From assembly GCA_963739455.1 (NCBI GenBank), contig CAVUAK010000001.1, positions 64,001 to 128,000 on the forward strand: a stretch of 64,000 nt of DNA, written 5' to 3'. The stretch is from an uncultured Gemmatimonadales bacterium (lineage in GTDB: Bacteria > Gemmatimonadota > Gemmatimonadetes > Gemmatimonadales > GWC2-71-9). The notes beneath the pieces were generated by a model, which saw only the letters and a program-made list of their open reading frames with translations, was not told where the DNA came from and searched no databases. Below, piece by piece: positions 45,907-57,214 of this stretch (the first letter of the stretch is position 1; the number at the start of each line of letters is the position of its first letter). The translations under genes and the position numbers were made by a program.

Positions 45907-46721
45907 GCGAAGACGTGACCGGGCCGCTGTCGCGGTTGCACGCTGTTCTCGAGCAGATGGGACCGGTGCTCGTCGCGGTGAGCGGTGGCATCGACAGCCT
46001 CACGCTCATGGCCGTGGTGCACCGGCTCGGCGCAGGTCGCGCGGTGCACGCCACCTCACCTGCCGTGCCGGCCGCCGCCCTCGAGCGCCTGCTCGCGATT
46101 GCGTCCCGCGAGGAATGGGATCTCCAGCTGGTTGACGCCGGAGAGCTCCAGGATCCGGACTATCGGCGCAATCCGCTCAACCGCTGCTACTTCTGCAAGT
46201 CGAGCCTTTACCGCGCCGTCGAGGACATCGCTCGGCGCAGCAACACCATCGTCGTCTCGGGAGCCAACCTCGACGACCTCGGCGATTTCCGCCCCGGCCT
46301 CGAGGCGGCACGGCAATCCGGAGTCCGGCATCCCCTCATCGAGGCCGCGATCGGCAAGGCCCACGTCCGCGCCATCGCGCGCGCCGTCGGGCTCGGCGAT
46401 CTCGCCGATCTCCCTGCGTCACCCTGCCTCTCGAGCCGCGTCGAGACCGGCATCGCCATTGACCCGTCGCTGCTGGTCGCCATCGACCGCGCCGAGACGG
46501 TAGTGCGCCGGGAGCTCGCCGTGGATGTCGTGCGCTGCCGCATCCGCCCCAACGCGTGCGAGATCGAGCTGGGCGACCTCGACGGCACGACACCAGCGAC
46601 ACGCGAACTGGCCGCGTCCGCTGTTGCCGCCATACTCGCCGAGTCCGGAATTCGCCTTCCCGTGCGTTTCAGCCGCTACCGCCAGGGAAGCGCCTTCATC
46701 GGCGCACCGGCCATCGCATGA
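45903..46721 (+). CDS. larE: ATP-dependent sulfur insertase LarE
   Basis: PP-loop SGGIDS, NPLNRCYFCK, DDLGDFRPG, ASPCLSSR. Confidence 0.9.
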   Translation: MSEDVTGPLSRLHAVLEQMGPVLVAVSGGIDSLTLMAVVHRLGAGRAVHATSPAVPAAALERLLAIASREEWDLQLVDAGELQDPDYRRNPLNRCYFCKSSLYRAVEDIARRSNTIVVSGANLDDLGDFRPGLEAARQSGVRHPLIEAAIGKAHVRAIARAVGLGDLADLPASPCLSSRVETGIAIDPSLLVAIDRAETVVRRELAVDVVRCRIRPNACEIELGDLDGTTPATRELAASAVAAILAESGIRLPVRFSRYRQGSAFIGAPAIA

Positions 46722-47395
46722 CCGACGCCCTCACGCACCGGCTCGACTACGAGCGCGCCACCCGCATTGGCCTCTCCGAGGCGATCCTCTGCGAGCCGAA
46801 GACACTGCCACACCTGGTCGCCATCGTTGCCGAAGCGGCCGGGCGGGGACATGCACTGCTGCTCACTCGCCTCACCGCCTCGCAGTACGACGCCCTGGCT
46901 GCCGTCACCACCCTGCCCGCGATCGACTACGACCCGGTCTCGCGCACCGGCATCATGGGCGAGGTGCCGCACATCGCGCCGGACACGACAGTACAGGTGG
47001 AGATCGTTTCAGCTGGCACTTCCGACCTCAGCGTGGCCCTCGAGGCCCAGCGCACGCTGCGGTTCCACGGCGTGCCGAGCCATCTCCTCGCTGATGTCGG
47101 GGTGGCCGGCCTGCACCGGCTGCTCCCCCATCGCGCGCAGCTCGAGCGCGCCGTGGTCACGATCGTCTGTGCTGGAATGGATGCCGTATTGCCGACTGTC
47201 ATTGGCGGGCTGGTGGGTGGTGCAGTGATCGCCGTGCCTACGTCGGTGGGTTACGGTGTTGCGGCGGGAGGGCATGCGGCCCTGAACACCTGTCTCGCGA
47301 GCTGCGCCCCTGGCGTCACGGTGGTGAACATCGACAACGGATTCGGCGCCGCCTGCGCCGCCCTCCGCATCCTTCGCGCGTCACGGTCGGCCTAG
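46718..47395 (+). CDS. larB: NaAD carboxylase/hydrolase LarB
   Basis: SAGTSD, DVGVAGLHR, AGMDA, PTSVGYG, SCAPGVTVVNIDNGFGAA. Confidence 0.92.
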   Translation: MTDALTHRLDYERATRIGLSEAILCEPKTLPHLVAIVAEAAGRGHALLLTRLTASQYDALAAVTTLPAIDYDPVSRTGIMGEVPHIAPDTTVQVEIVSAGTSDLSVALEAQRTLRFHGVPSHLLADVGVAGLHRLLPHRAQLERAVVTIVCAGMDAVLPTVIGGLVGGAVIAVPTSVGYGVAAGGHAALNTCLASCAPGVTVVNIDNGFGAACAALRILRASRSA

Positions 47396-47414
47396 CGGTT
47401 TCCCTGTTCCCTCT

Positions 47415-48865
47415 TCATCGCTTTTTCATCACCGCCTCGATCTCCTTCATCTCCCGCGGCGCCCTCGACCACCACTCCACGCCGTCCGCCGTCACCAGGT
47501 AGTCGTCCTCGATCCTGATCCCGATGTGGTTGTACCGCTCCACCGCCGGACGCACCTTCGCGATGAAGGCGCGATTCTTCGGCGTGTCCGCCAGCATGTC
47601 GAGCAGCGCCGTGCTGATGTAGACCCCGGGCTCGATGGTGAACACCTCATTGAGCCGGAAATTCCCCGTCGGCGAGTACGAGTAGCCGCCGGCATCGTGC
47701 ACCTCGAGACCGATGCCATGCCCCGGCCCATGCGCCATGTACAGGAACGCCTGCGTGCACACCACCGGCACCCGCTCACAGCGCGCCGCATCGGCCCACG
47801 GCGGATCGAACGTCGCATCCGGTCCCTCCGTCAGTCCCAGCTTCGCCAGCTCCGTCGCCATGATGGCACGGATCGCCTTCTCCCCGTTGGCGACCGGCGC
47901 ACCCGCCTTCGCCTCACGCTCCGCCGCCATCTGCGCCGAGCGCACGATCGTGTAGATCGCCGCCTGCTCCGGTGAGTACGTGCCGCTCACCGGAATGGTG
48001 CGGGTGACGTCGCCCGCGTAGCCGTCGTACAGCGCCCCCATGTCCATCACCACGATCTCGCCCGCCTGCATGACGCGATCATTCGCGCGATAGTGATAGC
48101 TGGTCGAGTTGGGGCCGGACCCGATGATGGCGCGGAACGACGGACCCGTGGCACCTTCCATGCGGAAGGTGTAATCCGTCAGGGCGTGAATGGTACGCTC
48201 GTTGACACCGGGGTGAACGGCCTTCATCGCGGCCACCTCGCCCTGGGCCGAGATCTCTACCGCCTTCCTGAGCAGCGCCAGCTCGGCGGGCGACTTCACC
48301 ACCATCAGTGAGTCCAGCAGCGCGTCGGCACTCGCGCACCGTCACCGCGGGATTCCCCGCCCAGAGTCGCTGCACGAAGTACCGCTCGGCGCTGAGCGAG
48401 TCGGTGGTTCGGTAGTCGCGGCTGTGCGTGTCGGTCACCGTCCACAGCGTGCCGCGACCCACCAGCCCCTCCATCACGTCGCGCAGCTGGTCCACTCCCC
48501 GAAGTCCCAGGCCGGTCCGGCGCTGCAGGTCGCCCGAGTCGGGCGCGAACCCGTCGTACAGCGCCCGCCGCGGGTCGATCGGCGGCTCGAAGAGCATCTG
48601 GTACGTCACGCTTTCCGTCCTTCATCGCCATCACGAACACCGCGTTTGGCCGACGATGCCCTGTCAGGTACTCGAAGGCGGGGAGCTGGTGAAAGTCGGC
48701 CTCGTCGGTCATCGGTTCGGGAGCGCCGTAGGCCAGCAGCACCCCGCTCCCCAGCCGGGCCGCGACGCTGTCCCGTCGCGCCCCATACTCGGCGGTTGGA
48801 ACCTGGGCCGCGAGCGGGGCGGCAAGAAGGAGGAGCGAACCAAGCAGGCAAGTGGTCTTTGGCAT
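47415..48865 (-). CDS. Secreted Xaa-Pro aminopeptidase (M24B) (frameshifts near 48330 and 48610)
   Basis: Signal peptide, EYGARR, DMGA..GYAGDVTRT, GHGIGLEVHD, EPG, RIEDD. Confidence 0.88.
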
Positions 48866-48921
48866 GGCCGCAAATCTGCCGCTGGCACCGGCGTGCGCAA
48901 CCCCGCATGTTTCATCGATCC

Positions 48922-51631
48922 ATGCCAGACGCCCCGGCTCGCCTCGTCGCAGCCCTTGCCGACCGATACCGCATCGAGCGGGAAATCGGCGCCGGCGGTA
49001 TGGCCACCGTCTACCTCGCCGAAGACCTCAAGCACCACCGCATGGTGGCCATCAAGCTCCTCCGTCCCGAACTTGGCGCCCTGATGGGCGCCGACCGCTT
49101 CCTCGCCGAAATCCAGACCACCGCCAATCTCCAGCACCCCAACATCCTCCCCCTCTTCGACAGCGGCGCAGTCCAGCTGGCGACTGACGACTCACTGACG
49201 ACTGCCGACTCACGACTGACGTCGTCGTTGCTCTTCTACGTCATGCCCTTCATCGAAGGCGAATCCCTCCGCTCCCGCCTCACCCGCGAGAAGCAGCTCC
49301 CCGTCAACGACGCCGTCCGCATCGCGACCGAGGTCGCCGGCGCGCTCGACTACGCCCATCGGCACAACGTCATCCATCGCGACATCAAGCCCGAGAACAT
49401 CCTGCTGCACGACGGCCGCGCGATGGTCGCCGACTTCGGCATCGCCCTCGCCGCGAGCCGCGCCGGCGGCGCGCGACTCACCGAGACCGGCATGTCGCTC
49501 GGCACGCCGGCCTACATGTCGCCCGAGCAGGCCATGGGCGAGCGCGAGATCACCGCCCGCAGCGACATCTACGCGCTCGGCTGCGTCACCTACGAGATGC
49601 TGGTGGGAGAGCCGCCGTTCACCGGCCCGACCGCGCAGGCCATCGTCGCCAAGGTGGTGACGACCCCGGCGCCGTCACTCAGGGCGACGCGGCAGAGCGT
49701 GCCCGAGCCGGTGGAAGACGGCGGTACTGGTCGCCTTGGAGAAGTTGCCCGCTGATCGCTGGGGTACCGGCAAGGGAATTCGCAGACGCGCTTGGCGATA
49801 GCGGAAAGGGCGCCGCCACCCTGCGCCTTCCCCGCCTTTCCCAACCTCCCCGCCCTCCCCGTCTTCCCCGCCTCGCGCCGCTCGCCGCCATCGCTGCGAT
49901 CGCCGCGCTGGCAACGTGGCTGGCTACGCGGCGCACCACCCCGGCATCCCAACTCCCGCCAGCACGCCTGGCACTCATCACGCCCGGCCTCGGCGGCCCC
50001 ACGCAGTCGCTCGCCGGACGCCAGATCGCGATCACGCCTGCCGGCGACGCCATTGTCTACGTCGGTACGCGCGATCATGACACCACGGCGCTCTTCCTGC
50101 GTCGGTTCGAAGCCCCCGGACCCGTGGAGATCGTCGGCTCCGCAAACGTTCGCGATCCGATCATTACCCCCGATGGGCGTGCCGTGATCGGCACCAGCAG
50201 CATCGGCGGGATACCGCATTCCGCTCGAGGGCGGGCTGCCGCAGGCCATCGCGCTCCCTCGGACCAGCTTCGTCGGCGCCTGGGCGCCCAGACGGCTACT
50301 ACTGGTTCACCGACATAGGTATCAACGGATTGATCCGCCTGACGCCGAGCGACTCCGTGATTCCCCTGGCGATACCGCGCGACAAGCAGCGCGGTATGCG
50401 GGTGCAGCAGGTGCTGTCCGACGGCCACACTGCCCTGGCAACGCGCGCGCCAGCAGCGACCGGCTCGGGGCCCGCCGTTCTCTTCGACCTGCGCACCGGC
50501 AACGTCACGCCCCTCATGGATGTGCCGGTCGTCGAAATCCAGAGTGCGGCGGGTGAGTTGCTGGCCGTACTCCAGAATGGCTCGATCGTGGCCTCGCCTT
50601 TCGACGAGCGAGGCCACCGGATCACCGGTCCGCAGACGACAGTGGCATCCGGCGTCTCGCTCACCGGCACCGGGCTCGCCAACTTCGCGCTCGCGCAGAA
50701 CGGCACGCTCGCCTACATCGAGGAAGGGAAGCCTTCACTCGTACTCGTCGACCGGAGTGGAAACGTTCAGCACCTCGTCGAGGAGCAGGCAGTGCATGCG
50801 CCACGGTTCTCGCCCGATGGCCGCCGCATCTCGTTCGATATCACCTCCGTAGACGGCCGTGACGTCTGGGTGCTGTCCCTCGACCCGCTCGCGCGCTCCC
50901 GGGCGACGTTCGCCGGAGACGGGCACGACGCGAGCTGGACTCCCGATGGCCAGTTCATCACCTACATGCACCTGATCAAGGGAGTCGTCGGACTCTACCA
51001 GACCCGCCCGGGCAGCACCGCGCCCCCCGAGTCGCTCATCGCATCGCCCCATCTCGACTACACCGGCACCTGGCTCCGCGATGGTAGTGCCCTCATCGCC
51101 GACGGGAGTGAGCTCCAGGAGAACTCCGGCGGTGATGTGGTGCGGATTGCGAACCGCGGGAAAGGGCCGATCGAAGCGCTGGTCGCGAGCCGTTACCTGG
51201 AGCGGTTTGCGGCGCCCTCGCCCGACGGGAAGTGGCTCGCCTTCACCTCCGACCAGTCCGGCCGCGAGGAGGTGTACCTCCGATCGCTCGCAGTTGATGG
51301 CAATCCCGTCCTCGTCTCACAGGACGGCGGGACCGAGCCGGTCTGGTCGCCCGATGGCCGTGAACTCTTCTATCGCAGCGTAAGCAACAATGAGGGCGTG
51401 CTGATGGCGGCGGCCGTCCGCACGACGCCGGCGCTTGCCGTCGCATCACAGCAAGTGCTCTTTAATGTGCAGGACATGGTCGGCACTGGACCCCACGCCA
51501 ACTACGACGTTTCACCCGACGGGCGCATGTTCGTGATGGTGCGCCGCAATCCCACGAGCCACATTGTGGTCATCCAGGACCTGCCCGGGCTCCTGCGCAA
51601 GCTGCGTAGCACGTCCACTGCACGGCCGTGA
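48922..51631 (+). CDS. Ser/Thr kinase K4 with PD40 propeller domain (several frameshifts 49720-50300)
   Basis: Full kinase motifs; SPDG repeats. Confidence 0.88.
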
Positions 51632-54276
51632 GCGACCCCCAGGCTCGCCTCGCGTCCGCACTCGCCGATCGCTATCGCATCGAGCGCGAGATCGGCGCCG
51701 GCGGCATGGCCACCGTCTACCTCGCGCACGACATCAAGCATGATCGCAAGGTCGCGATCAAGGTCCTGCGCCCCGAGCTCGGCATGATGATCGGGGCCGA
51801 TCGTTTTCTCTCCGAAATCCGCACCACCGCCAACCTCCAGCACCCGAATATCCTGCCGCTCTTCGACAGCGGCGTCGCCACCGTGACAACTGACGACTCA
51901 CTGACGACTGCCGACTCACGACTGACGACTGCGTTGCTCTTCTACGTCATGCCCTTCGTGGATGGCGAATCCCTGCGCTCCCGCATTGCCCGCGAGAAGC
52001 AGCTTCCCATCACCGACGCCGTCCGCATCACCACCGAAGTCGCCGGCGCCCTCGACTACGCCCACCGCCACAACGTCATCCACCGCGACATCAAGCCGGA
52101 GAACATCCTCCTCCACGATGGCCGAGCCATGGTGGCCGACTTCGGCATCGCGCTCGCCGCCGGCCAGGCCGGCGCCCGAATGACTGAAACCGGCATGAGT
52201 CTCGGTACACCGCACTACATGAGCCCCGAACAGGCCATGGGCGAGAGGAACCTCACCGGCCGCAGCGATGTCTACGCGCTCGGCTGTGTCACCTATGAGA
52301 TGCTCACCGGCGACCCGCCCTTCACTGGCTCCACCGTGCAGGCCATCATCGCCCGCGTCGTCACCGAGCACCCGCGCGCGCTGACCCAGCAGCGTCATAC
52401 CATTCCGCTCAATGTCGAGGCCGCCGTCCTGACGGCCATCGAGAAACTCCCCGCCGATCGCTTCGGGACCGCCGCCGAGTTCGCCAGCGCACTGAACAAC
52501 ACGACGTTCACGCACCGCACGCCGCGCTCGATCGCCGCCACAGGCGCGAGCCTCTCACGTTCTCACGTCATCACGTCCTCACGTCTCGCGGGCGCGGCCG
52601 TGGCCGGCGCAGCGGTTCTGGCGCTCGGCATCGTCAGCTGGACCATGTTGCGCCCGGCCGCGGCCACGCTCGCGCCCACAGCCCGCCTTGTCATCCCGCT
52701 CCCGGCCGACCGCATGCTCGCGGTCGACCCGCGCCCATTCGACATTTCGCCTGGCGGCACGGATATCGTCTATGTCGGGGACGTCGACGGACAGTCGCAA
52801 CTTTTCCTCCGGCCGCTCGATGACTTCGAGGCGCGCGCCATTCCCGGCACCGAGGGCGCGCACCAGCCCTTCTTCTCTCCCGACGGCAAGTGGATCGGCT
52901 TCGTCGCCGATGGCAAGCTCGAGAAGATCCCGCTCGCAGGCGGTGCGCCGATCACCCTGACCACCGTGACGACCAGCCTCCGAGGTGCCTCATGGGGCTC
53001 CAACGGCACCATTCTCTACTCGTACCGGGACTCGCTCTTCCTGATACCTGACCAGGGCGGCACACCGTCCGGCATTCACTTGTCCTCCCGCGCGGCGAGC
53101 AACACCGTCCGCTGGCCCCGGTTCCTGCCTGATGGAAAGCATGCGTTGATCTCGACCGACACCGCCGTGGAGATCGTCGACTTGAAGAGCGGCGACATGC
53201 ACCCGCTCGTGCGCGGCAGGCAGGCAACCTACCTGCCCGATGGGCACCTGCTCTTCGACGAGGCCGAAGGACGCATGCGGGTGGTGCCGTTCGACGTTGG
53301 CCGCATGATGATCACCGGGTCACCGGTGCCCGCATTCGAGGCATTTCGTGGCCCCGGCAGCAGTGGCACCCAGTACGCCGTCTCCGCGAACGGGACGCTC
53401 GTGTATGTCGCCGGCGGGTTCAATCGCACGCTCGTGATGGTCGACCGCAACGGTCACGAGACTCCGCTGGCGCTTCCCCCTCGCGGCTACCGCCTGCCGA
53501 AGTTTTCCCCCGATGGCGAACGGCTCGCTGTCACCATCGATCCCCGTCCGTCGCAGATCTGGGTCGTTGACCTCAAGCGCATGAGCGCCGTGCCAGTCAC
53601 CACCGAAGGGCACAACCTGGGAGCCGTCTGGTCGCCCGACGGCTCGCGGCTCGTCTTCGGCACCGGGGCCACGCCGCTCTGGGTAGGCTGGCCCCAGGGG
53701 GGCGCGGGCCAGCCAGCATTGGAAGCGAAGCTCCGGCTCGGCGCGGCCATCTATCCCGGCAGCTGGTCACCGCGCATTGGCATCATCGCAACCAGCCTCG
53801 ACACCAGCGGCACCCATGTCGTGTCCTTCCATCTCGGCGACAGCGTCCCGACCCGTGTGACCAGTGGGCCCGCGCGCGAGTGGCAGCCCAGTGCCTCACC
53901 CGATGAACGCTGGGTCGCGTTCACGTCCAGCGTCTCCGGTGCCGATGAGGTATACGTGCGCTCACTCACCGGCGTCGGCGGGGCCATTCGGGTCTCGACC
54001 AACGGCGGGGGCGACCCGCTGTGGGCAGCCGACGGCAAGTCGCTGTACTATCGTCGTGGAAGTCGCATCATGGTGGCAGGTGTTGCGACGAAGGAGGGCT
54101 TTCAGGTCGTCGGCGAACCTCGCGAGCTGCTCGCCGGCACCTGGGACTTTTCACAACAGGACAACTGGGACGTCGCACCCGACGGGCGCTTTATCATGGT
54201 ACGGGGCGATCCGGCATCGTCCGGCCGCCTCCTGGTCGTCGTCAACTGGTTCGACGAGCTGAAGAAGAAGAGCTAG
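51628..54276 (+). CDS. Ser/Thr kinase K5 with TM segment and PD40 propeller domain (intact, 882 aa)
   Basis: GTGA overlap with K4; full kinase motifs; TM AGAAVLALGIVSW; SPDG repeats. Confidence 0.93.
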   Translation: MSDPQARLASALADRYRIEREIGAGGMATVYLAHDIKHDRKVAIKVLRPELGMMIGADRFLSEIRTTANLQHPNILPLFDSGVATVTTDDSLTTADSRLTTALLFYVMPFVDGESLRSRIAREKQLPITDAVRITTEVAGALDYAHRHNVIHRDIKPENILLHDGRAMVADFGIALAAGQAGARMTETGMSLGTPHYMSPEQAMGERNLTGRSDVYALGCVTYEMLTGDPPFTGSTVQAIIARVVTEHPRALTQQRHTIPLNVEAAVLTAIEKLPADRFGTAAEFASALNNTTFTHRTPRSIAATGASLSRSHVITSSRLAGAAVAGAAVLALGIVSWTMLRPAAATLAPTARLVIPLPADRMLAVDPRPFDISPGGTDIVYVGDVDGQSQLFLRPLDDFEARAIPGTEGAHQPFFSPDGKWIGFVADGKLEKIPLAGGAPITLTTVTTSLRGASWGSNGTILYSYRDSLFLIPDQGGTPSGIHLSSRAASNTVRWPRFLPDGKHALISTDTAVEIVDLKSGDMHPLVRGRQATYLPDGHLLFDEAEGRMRVVPFDVGRMMITGSPVPAFEAFRGPGSSGTQYAVSANGTLVYVAGGFNRTLVMVDRNGHETPLALPPRGYRLPKFSPDGERLAVTIDPRPSQIWVVDLKRMSAVPVTTEGHNLGAVWSPDGSRLVFGTGATPLWVGWPQGGAGQPALEAKLRLGAAIYPGSWSPRIGIIATSLDTSGTHVVSFHLGDSVPTRVTSGPAREWQPSASPDERWVAFTSSVSGADEVYVRSLTGVGGAIRVSTNGGGDPLWAADGKSLYYRRGSRIMVAGVATKEGFQVVGEPRELLAGTWDFSQQDNWDVAPDGRFIMVRGDPASSGRLLVVVNWFDELKKKS

Positions 54277-54289
54277 CGAAGGAGCCCGC

Positions 54290-54352
54290 TTGACGAGTGC
54301 GGAGGCCCGCCCCACCGCAGCCCTCGCAGGCCGCTACCGCATCGAGTCTTGA
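54290..54352 (+). pseudogene. 20-codon relic of the 5' end of another kinase gene
   Basis: AAGGAG RBS, then TTG and TSAEARPTAALAGRYRIES-stop, matching kinase N-termini such as ARLASALADRYRIERE. Confidence 0.7.
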
Positions 54353-54389
54353 CGCCTCCACTGCTCATTCATAAACTCCATATATGGAG
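54349..54389 (+). promoter_or_regulatory. Sigma70-like promoter and palindromic operator of the TA operon
   Basis: TTGACG-N17-TAAACT; perfect palindrome CTCCATATATGGAG at 54376..54389 overlapping the -10 end and the GGAGG RBS. Confidence 0.75.
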
Positions 54390-54395
54390 GTGGCT

Positions 54396-54647
54396 ATGGA
54401 GCTTTCCAAGAAGACGACCATCCTGTTCTCCCCCGAACTTCATCGGCGCCTCACGGAGTACGCCGCGCGACGCGGCGTGAGCCTGGGCGAACTCGTTCGC
54501 GAGGCCTGCGAAACCACCTACGGCATCGTCGGCACCGAGGAACGGCTGGCAGCAGCGCGCGACCTCGGCCGGCTCAAGCTCCCCGTCGGCCGCCCCGGGG
54601 ACATGAAGCGCGAGTCCCAGCCGGATCCGGCGCGGCTCCTCCCGTGA
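54396..54647 (+). CDS. vapB: CopG/RHH-type antitoxin
   Basis: KKTTILFSPELHRRL...RGVSLGELVREA; overlaps the PIN gene. Confidence 0.8.
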   Translation: MELSKKTTILFSPELHRRLTEYAARRGVSLGELVREACETTYGIVGTEERLAAARDLGRLKLPVGRPGDMKRESQPDPARLLP

Positions 54648-55051
54648 TTTTGGTCGATGCCAACATCATCATGTATGCGGCAGGTGCTGATCACGCCCAC
54701 AAGCAGCCGAGCCTGGCGCTGCTGGAGCAGGTGGGAAGCGGCGAGGTGGAAGCCACCATTGACGCCGAGATACTGCAGGAGATCCTGCACCGCTACCGGG
54801 CCATAAGACGCTGGGCCGACGGACGGCGGGTCTACGACCTGACACGACAACTCTTCCCCAGCGTCATCCCGGTCACCGCCGACGTGCTCGACCGGGCTCG
54901 GCAGCTGCTCGACCGCGATACACGGATCATGGCCCGCAACGCCCTGCACGCCGCCGTCGCCCTCATGCACGACCTCGAAGCAGTCTGCAGCTACGATCGG
55001 GACTTTGATCGCATTCCCGGCATCAAGCGCCTTGAGCCCCCCACCGGCTGA
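54644..55051 (+). CDS. vapC: PIN-domain VapC toxin
   Basis: ILVDANIIMY, EILQEI, ARNALHAA, SYDRDFD. Confidence 0.9.
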   Translation: MILVDANIIMYAAGADHAHKQPSLALLEQVGSGEVEATIDAEILQEILHRYRAIRRWADGRRVYDLTRQLFPSVIPVTADVLDRARQLLDRDTRIMARNALHAAVALMHDLEAVCSYDRDFDRIPGIKRLEPPTG

Positions 55052-55055
55052 CGCT

Positions 55056-55104
55056 CTGCCGACCGCCGACTGACGACCGCCGACTGACGACTGACGACTG
55101 ACGA
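55056..55104. repeat. Intergenic heptamer tandem array x7 (CTGACGA family) between convergent genes
   Basis: ctgccga ccgccga ctgacga ccgccga ctgacga ctgacga ctgacga. Confidence 0.92.
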
Positions 55105-55105
55105 C

Positions 55106-57173
55106 TCACCTCGGAAACGCCTCCGGCAACCCCCCATCCACGGTAAGAATATCCCCCGTCGTGTACTTGAACTTTTCGCTCGACAACAGCACCGCCAGGT
55201 CCGCTACCGCACTCGCCGGAATCAGTGACGCCCCCAGCAGGTTCCGCCGCTTGTAGACCTCCAGCTGCTCATCCACCGAGATTCCCTTCCCCGCCGCCCG
55301 CTCCGCCACGAACTTCAGGAACAACGGTGTCTCCACCTGGTCCGCGTTGATCGCATTCACCCGAATTCCATCCCCGCCCAGCTCCACCGCCGCTACTCTG
55401 AGCGCCTGCAGCATCGCTGCCTTGCTACCGCCATACGCCGCCGCATCCTTCCCCGGCACCAGCGCCGCCTTCGACACCGACGCCACGATGCTCCCGCCCA
55501 GCCCCTGCCGGCGCATGATGGTCGCCGCCGCCGACATCGCCATCATCGCGCCGAGATAGTGCACATCCAGCTGCTTCTGCAGGTCTGCCCGCGTCAGCTC
55601 CATCACCGACGCAAACCGCGGCGCCAGTCCCGCCGTGTAGAACAGGCTGTCGAGTCCGCCGAACTCACGCACCGTCCGCGTGAACAGCAGGTGCAGGCTC
55701 GCATCGTCCCGTACGTCCACTGCGACACCGATCGCGCGACCCGGCCACTTCGCCTACCACCGCCGCAGCCACCTTCTCGGCGGCGGCAAGGTCAAGATCA
55801 GCTACGACGACATGCGCACCCTCTTCGGCATACCGATGCGCCGCTGCCTCGCCGATCCCGCTCCCACCCCCCACCACGATCACGACATGCCGGGCCAGCA
55901 GCAGCGACTTCCGCTCCCGCTCGATCTCCTCGTCGATTTTCCGCCGCTCCAGCGGCCAGTGCTCGAACTCGAACACCTCGGCCTCGGGGATGAACTGGAA
56001 TGCGTCCACCGCCTCCGCGTTCTCGATCGCCTTGAGCGTCGCGCGATAGCAGACATTCGCGGTGACCGCGTTCTTCTTGTCCTTGAACACCGTCACCATG
56101 CCGAGCCCCGGCACCAGCACCACCTTCGCCCAGTCGCGGAGCGGTGCCGCATCCTTCGCCGCATGACGCCGGTGATACGCCTCGTACTCCGTATGCGCCG
56201 CCGCGATCTGGGTTCGCGTCTTCACGCAGAGCTCCTCTGCCGACGCGCCCAGGTCGAGGTCGAGCCAGACGGGCTTCGTGCCGGCCCGCAGGATGTGCTC
56301 CGGCGTTGCCACGCCGCGGCCCACCACTTCCTTCAGTCGCTCCGACGCCAGCGTCGTCAGCACGTCATCGCTGTCGTCGAGATGCAGGATCACCCGCTCC
56401 GACACACCCAGCGCACCGCGAATCGCCGGCAGCACCGCCACCGCGGCCTTCGCGCGAACCTCACTCGCCTCCGTGCGCACACGTGGCGCGCCCAGCACAT
56501 GCCGCCCGCGACGGCTCGCCTTCAGGAATTCCTCCGTCGCGGCGATCGCCGCCATCAGACGCTCATGACACTCGTCCGCATCGTCGGCCCAGATCACCAG
56601 CCCGTGATGCGCCAGCGCCAGGCCGATCGTCCCTTCCGGGATCTTGTCCGCGATCAGGTCCACCGATCGCGCCAGCGGAAACCCGGGACGCGCGTACGGC
56701 ACGTACGCCACTTCACCCTTGAAGACTTCCTTCACCAGCCGCTCCGCCACGCTGTCCTGCACGTTCGTCAGGCTCATCGTCGCCACGTCGTGCGTGTGCA
56801 CGATTACCCGGTGCGGCAGCAGCGAATGCAGCGGCGTCTCCACGCTCGGTGCCGGTCCCTCGCGCCCCAGCATGCACTCGCCCATGAACCGCATCATCTC
56901 GTGGTCGCTCATCGACGACACGCCCCTGAGCCCCGCCAGGCCCTCCAGCGACAGCCGCGAGAACCCCTTCCGCCCGATCGAACGCAGGTCCGTGCCGCTC
57001 CCCTTCACCAGCAGCGCGGAGACCTGCCGCCCGCTGGCATCCGGCAGCGTCGTCTTGATCGAGCTGTTGCCGCCGCCCGGCTGCACCAGCCGCGTCTCTC
57101 GGCCAATGAGGTTGGACAGGGTGACGAGCTGGTCCAGCTCGTCTGCTATGGGAGATGGGGTGGGTGAAGTCAT
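55106..57173 (-). CDS. Bifunctional class II (rhamnulose-1-P-like) aldolase / short-chain dehydrogenase, YuxG/RhaEW type (frameshift near 55750)
   Basis: GGGNSSIK, KGSG, PSVETPLH, HTHD, HHGL; SDR GGGSGIG, YGGSK, IRVNAIN. Confidence 0.88.
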
Positions 57174-57214
57174 GGCCGAGAAGATAACGCGCCGTCGGCG
57201 ACAGGACGCCGCCA

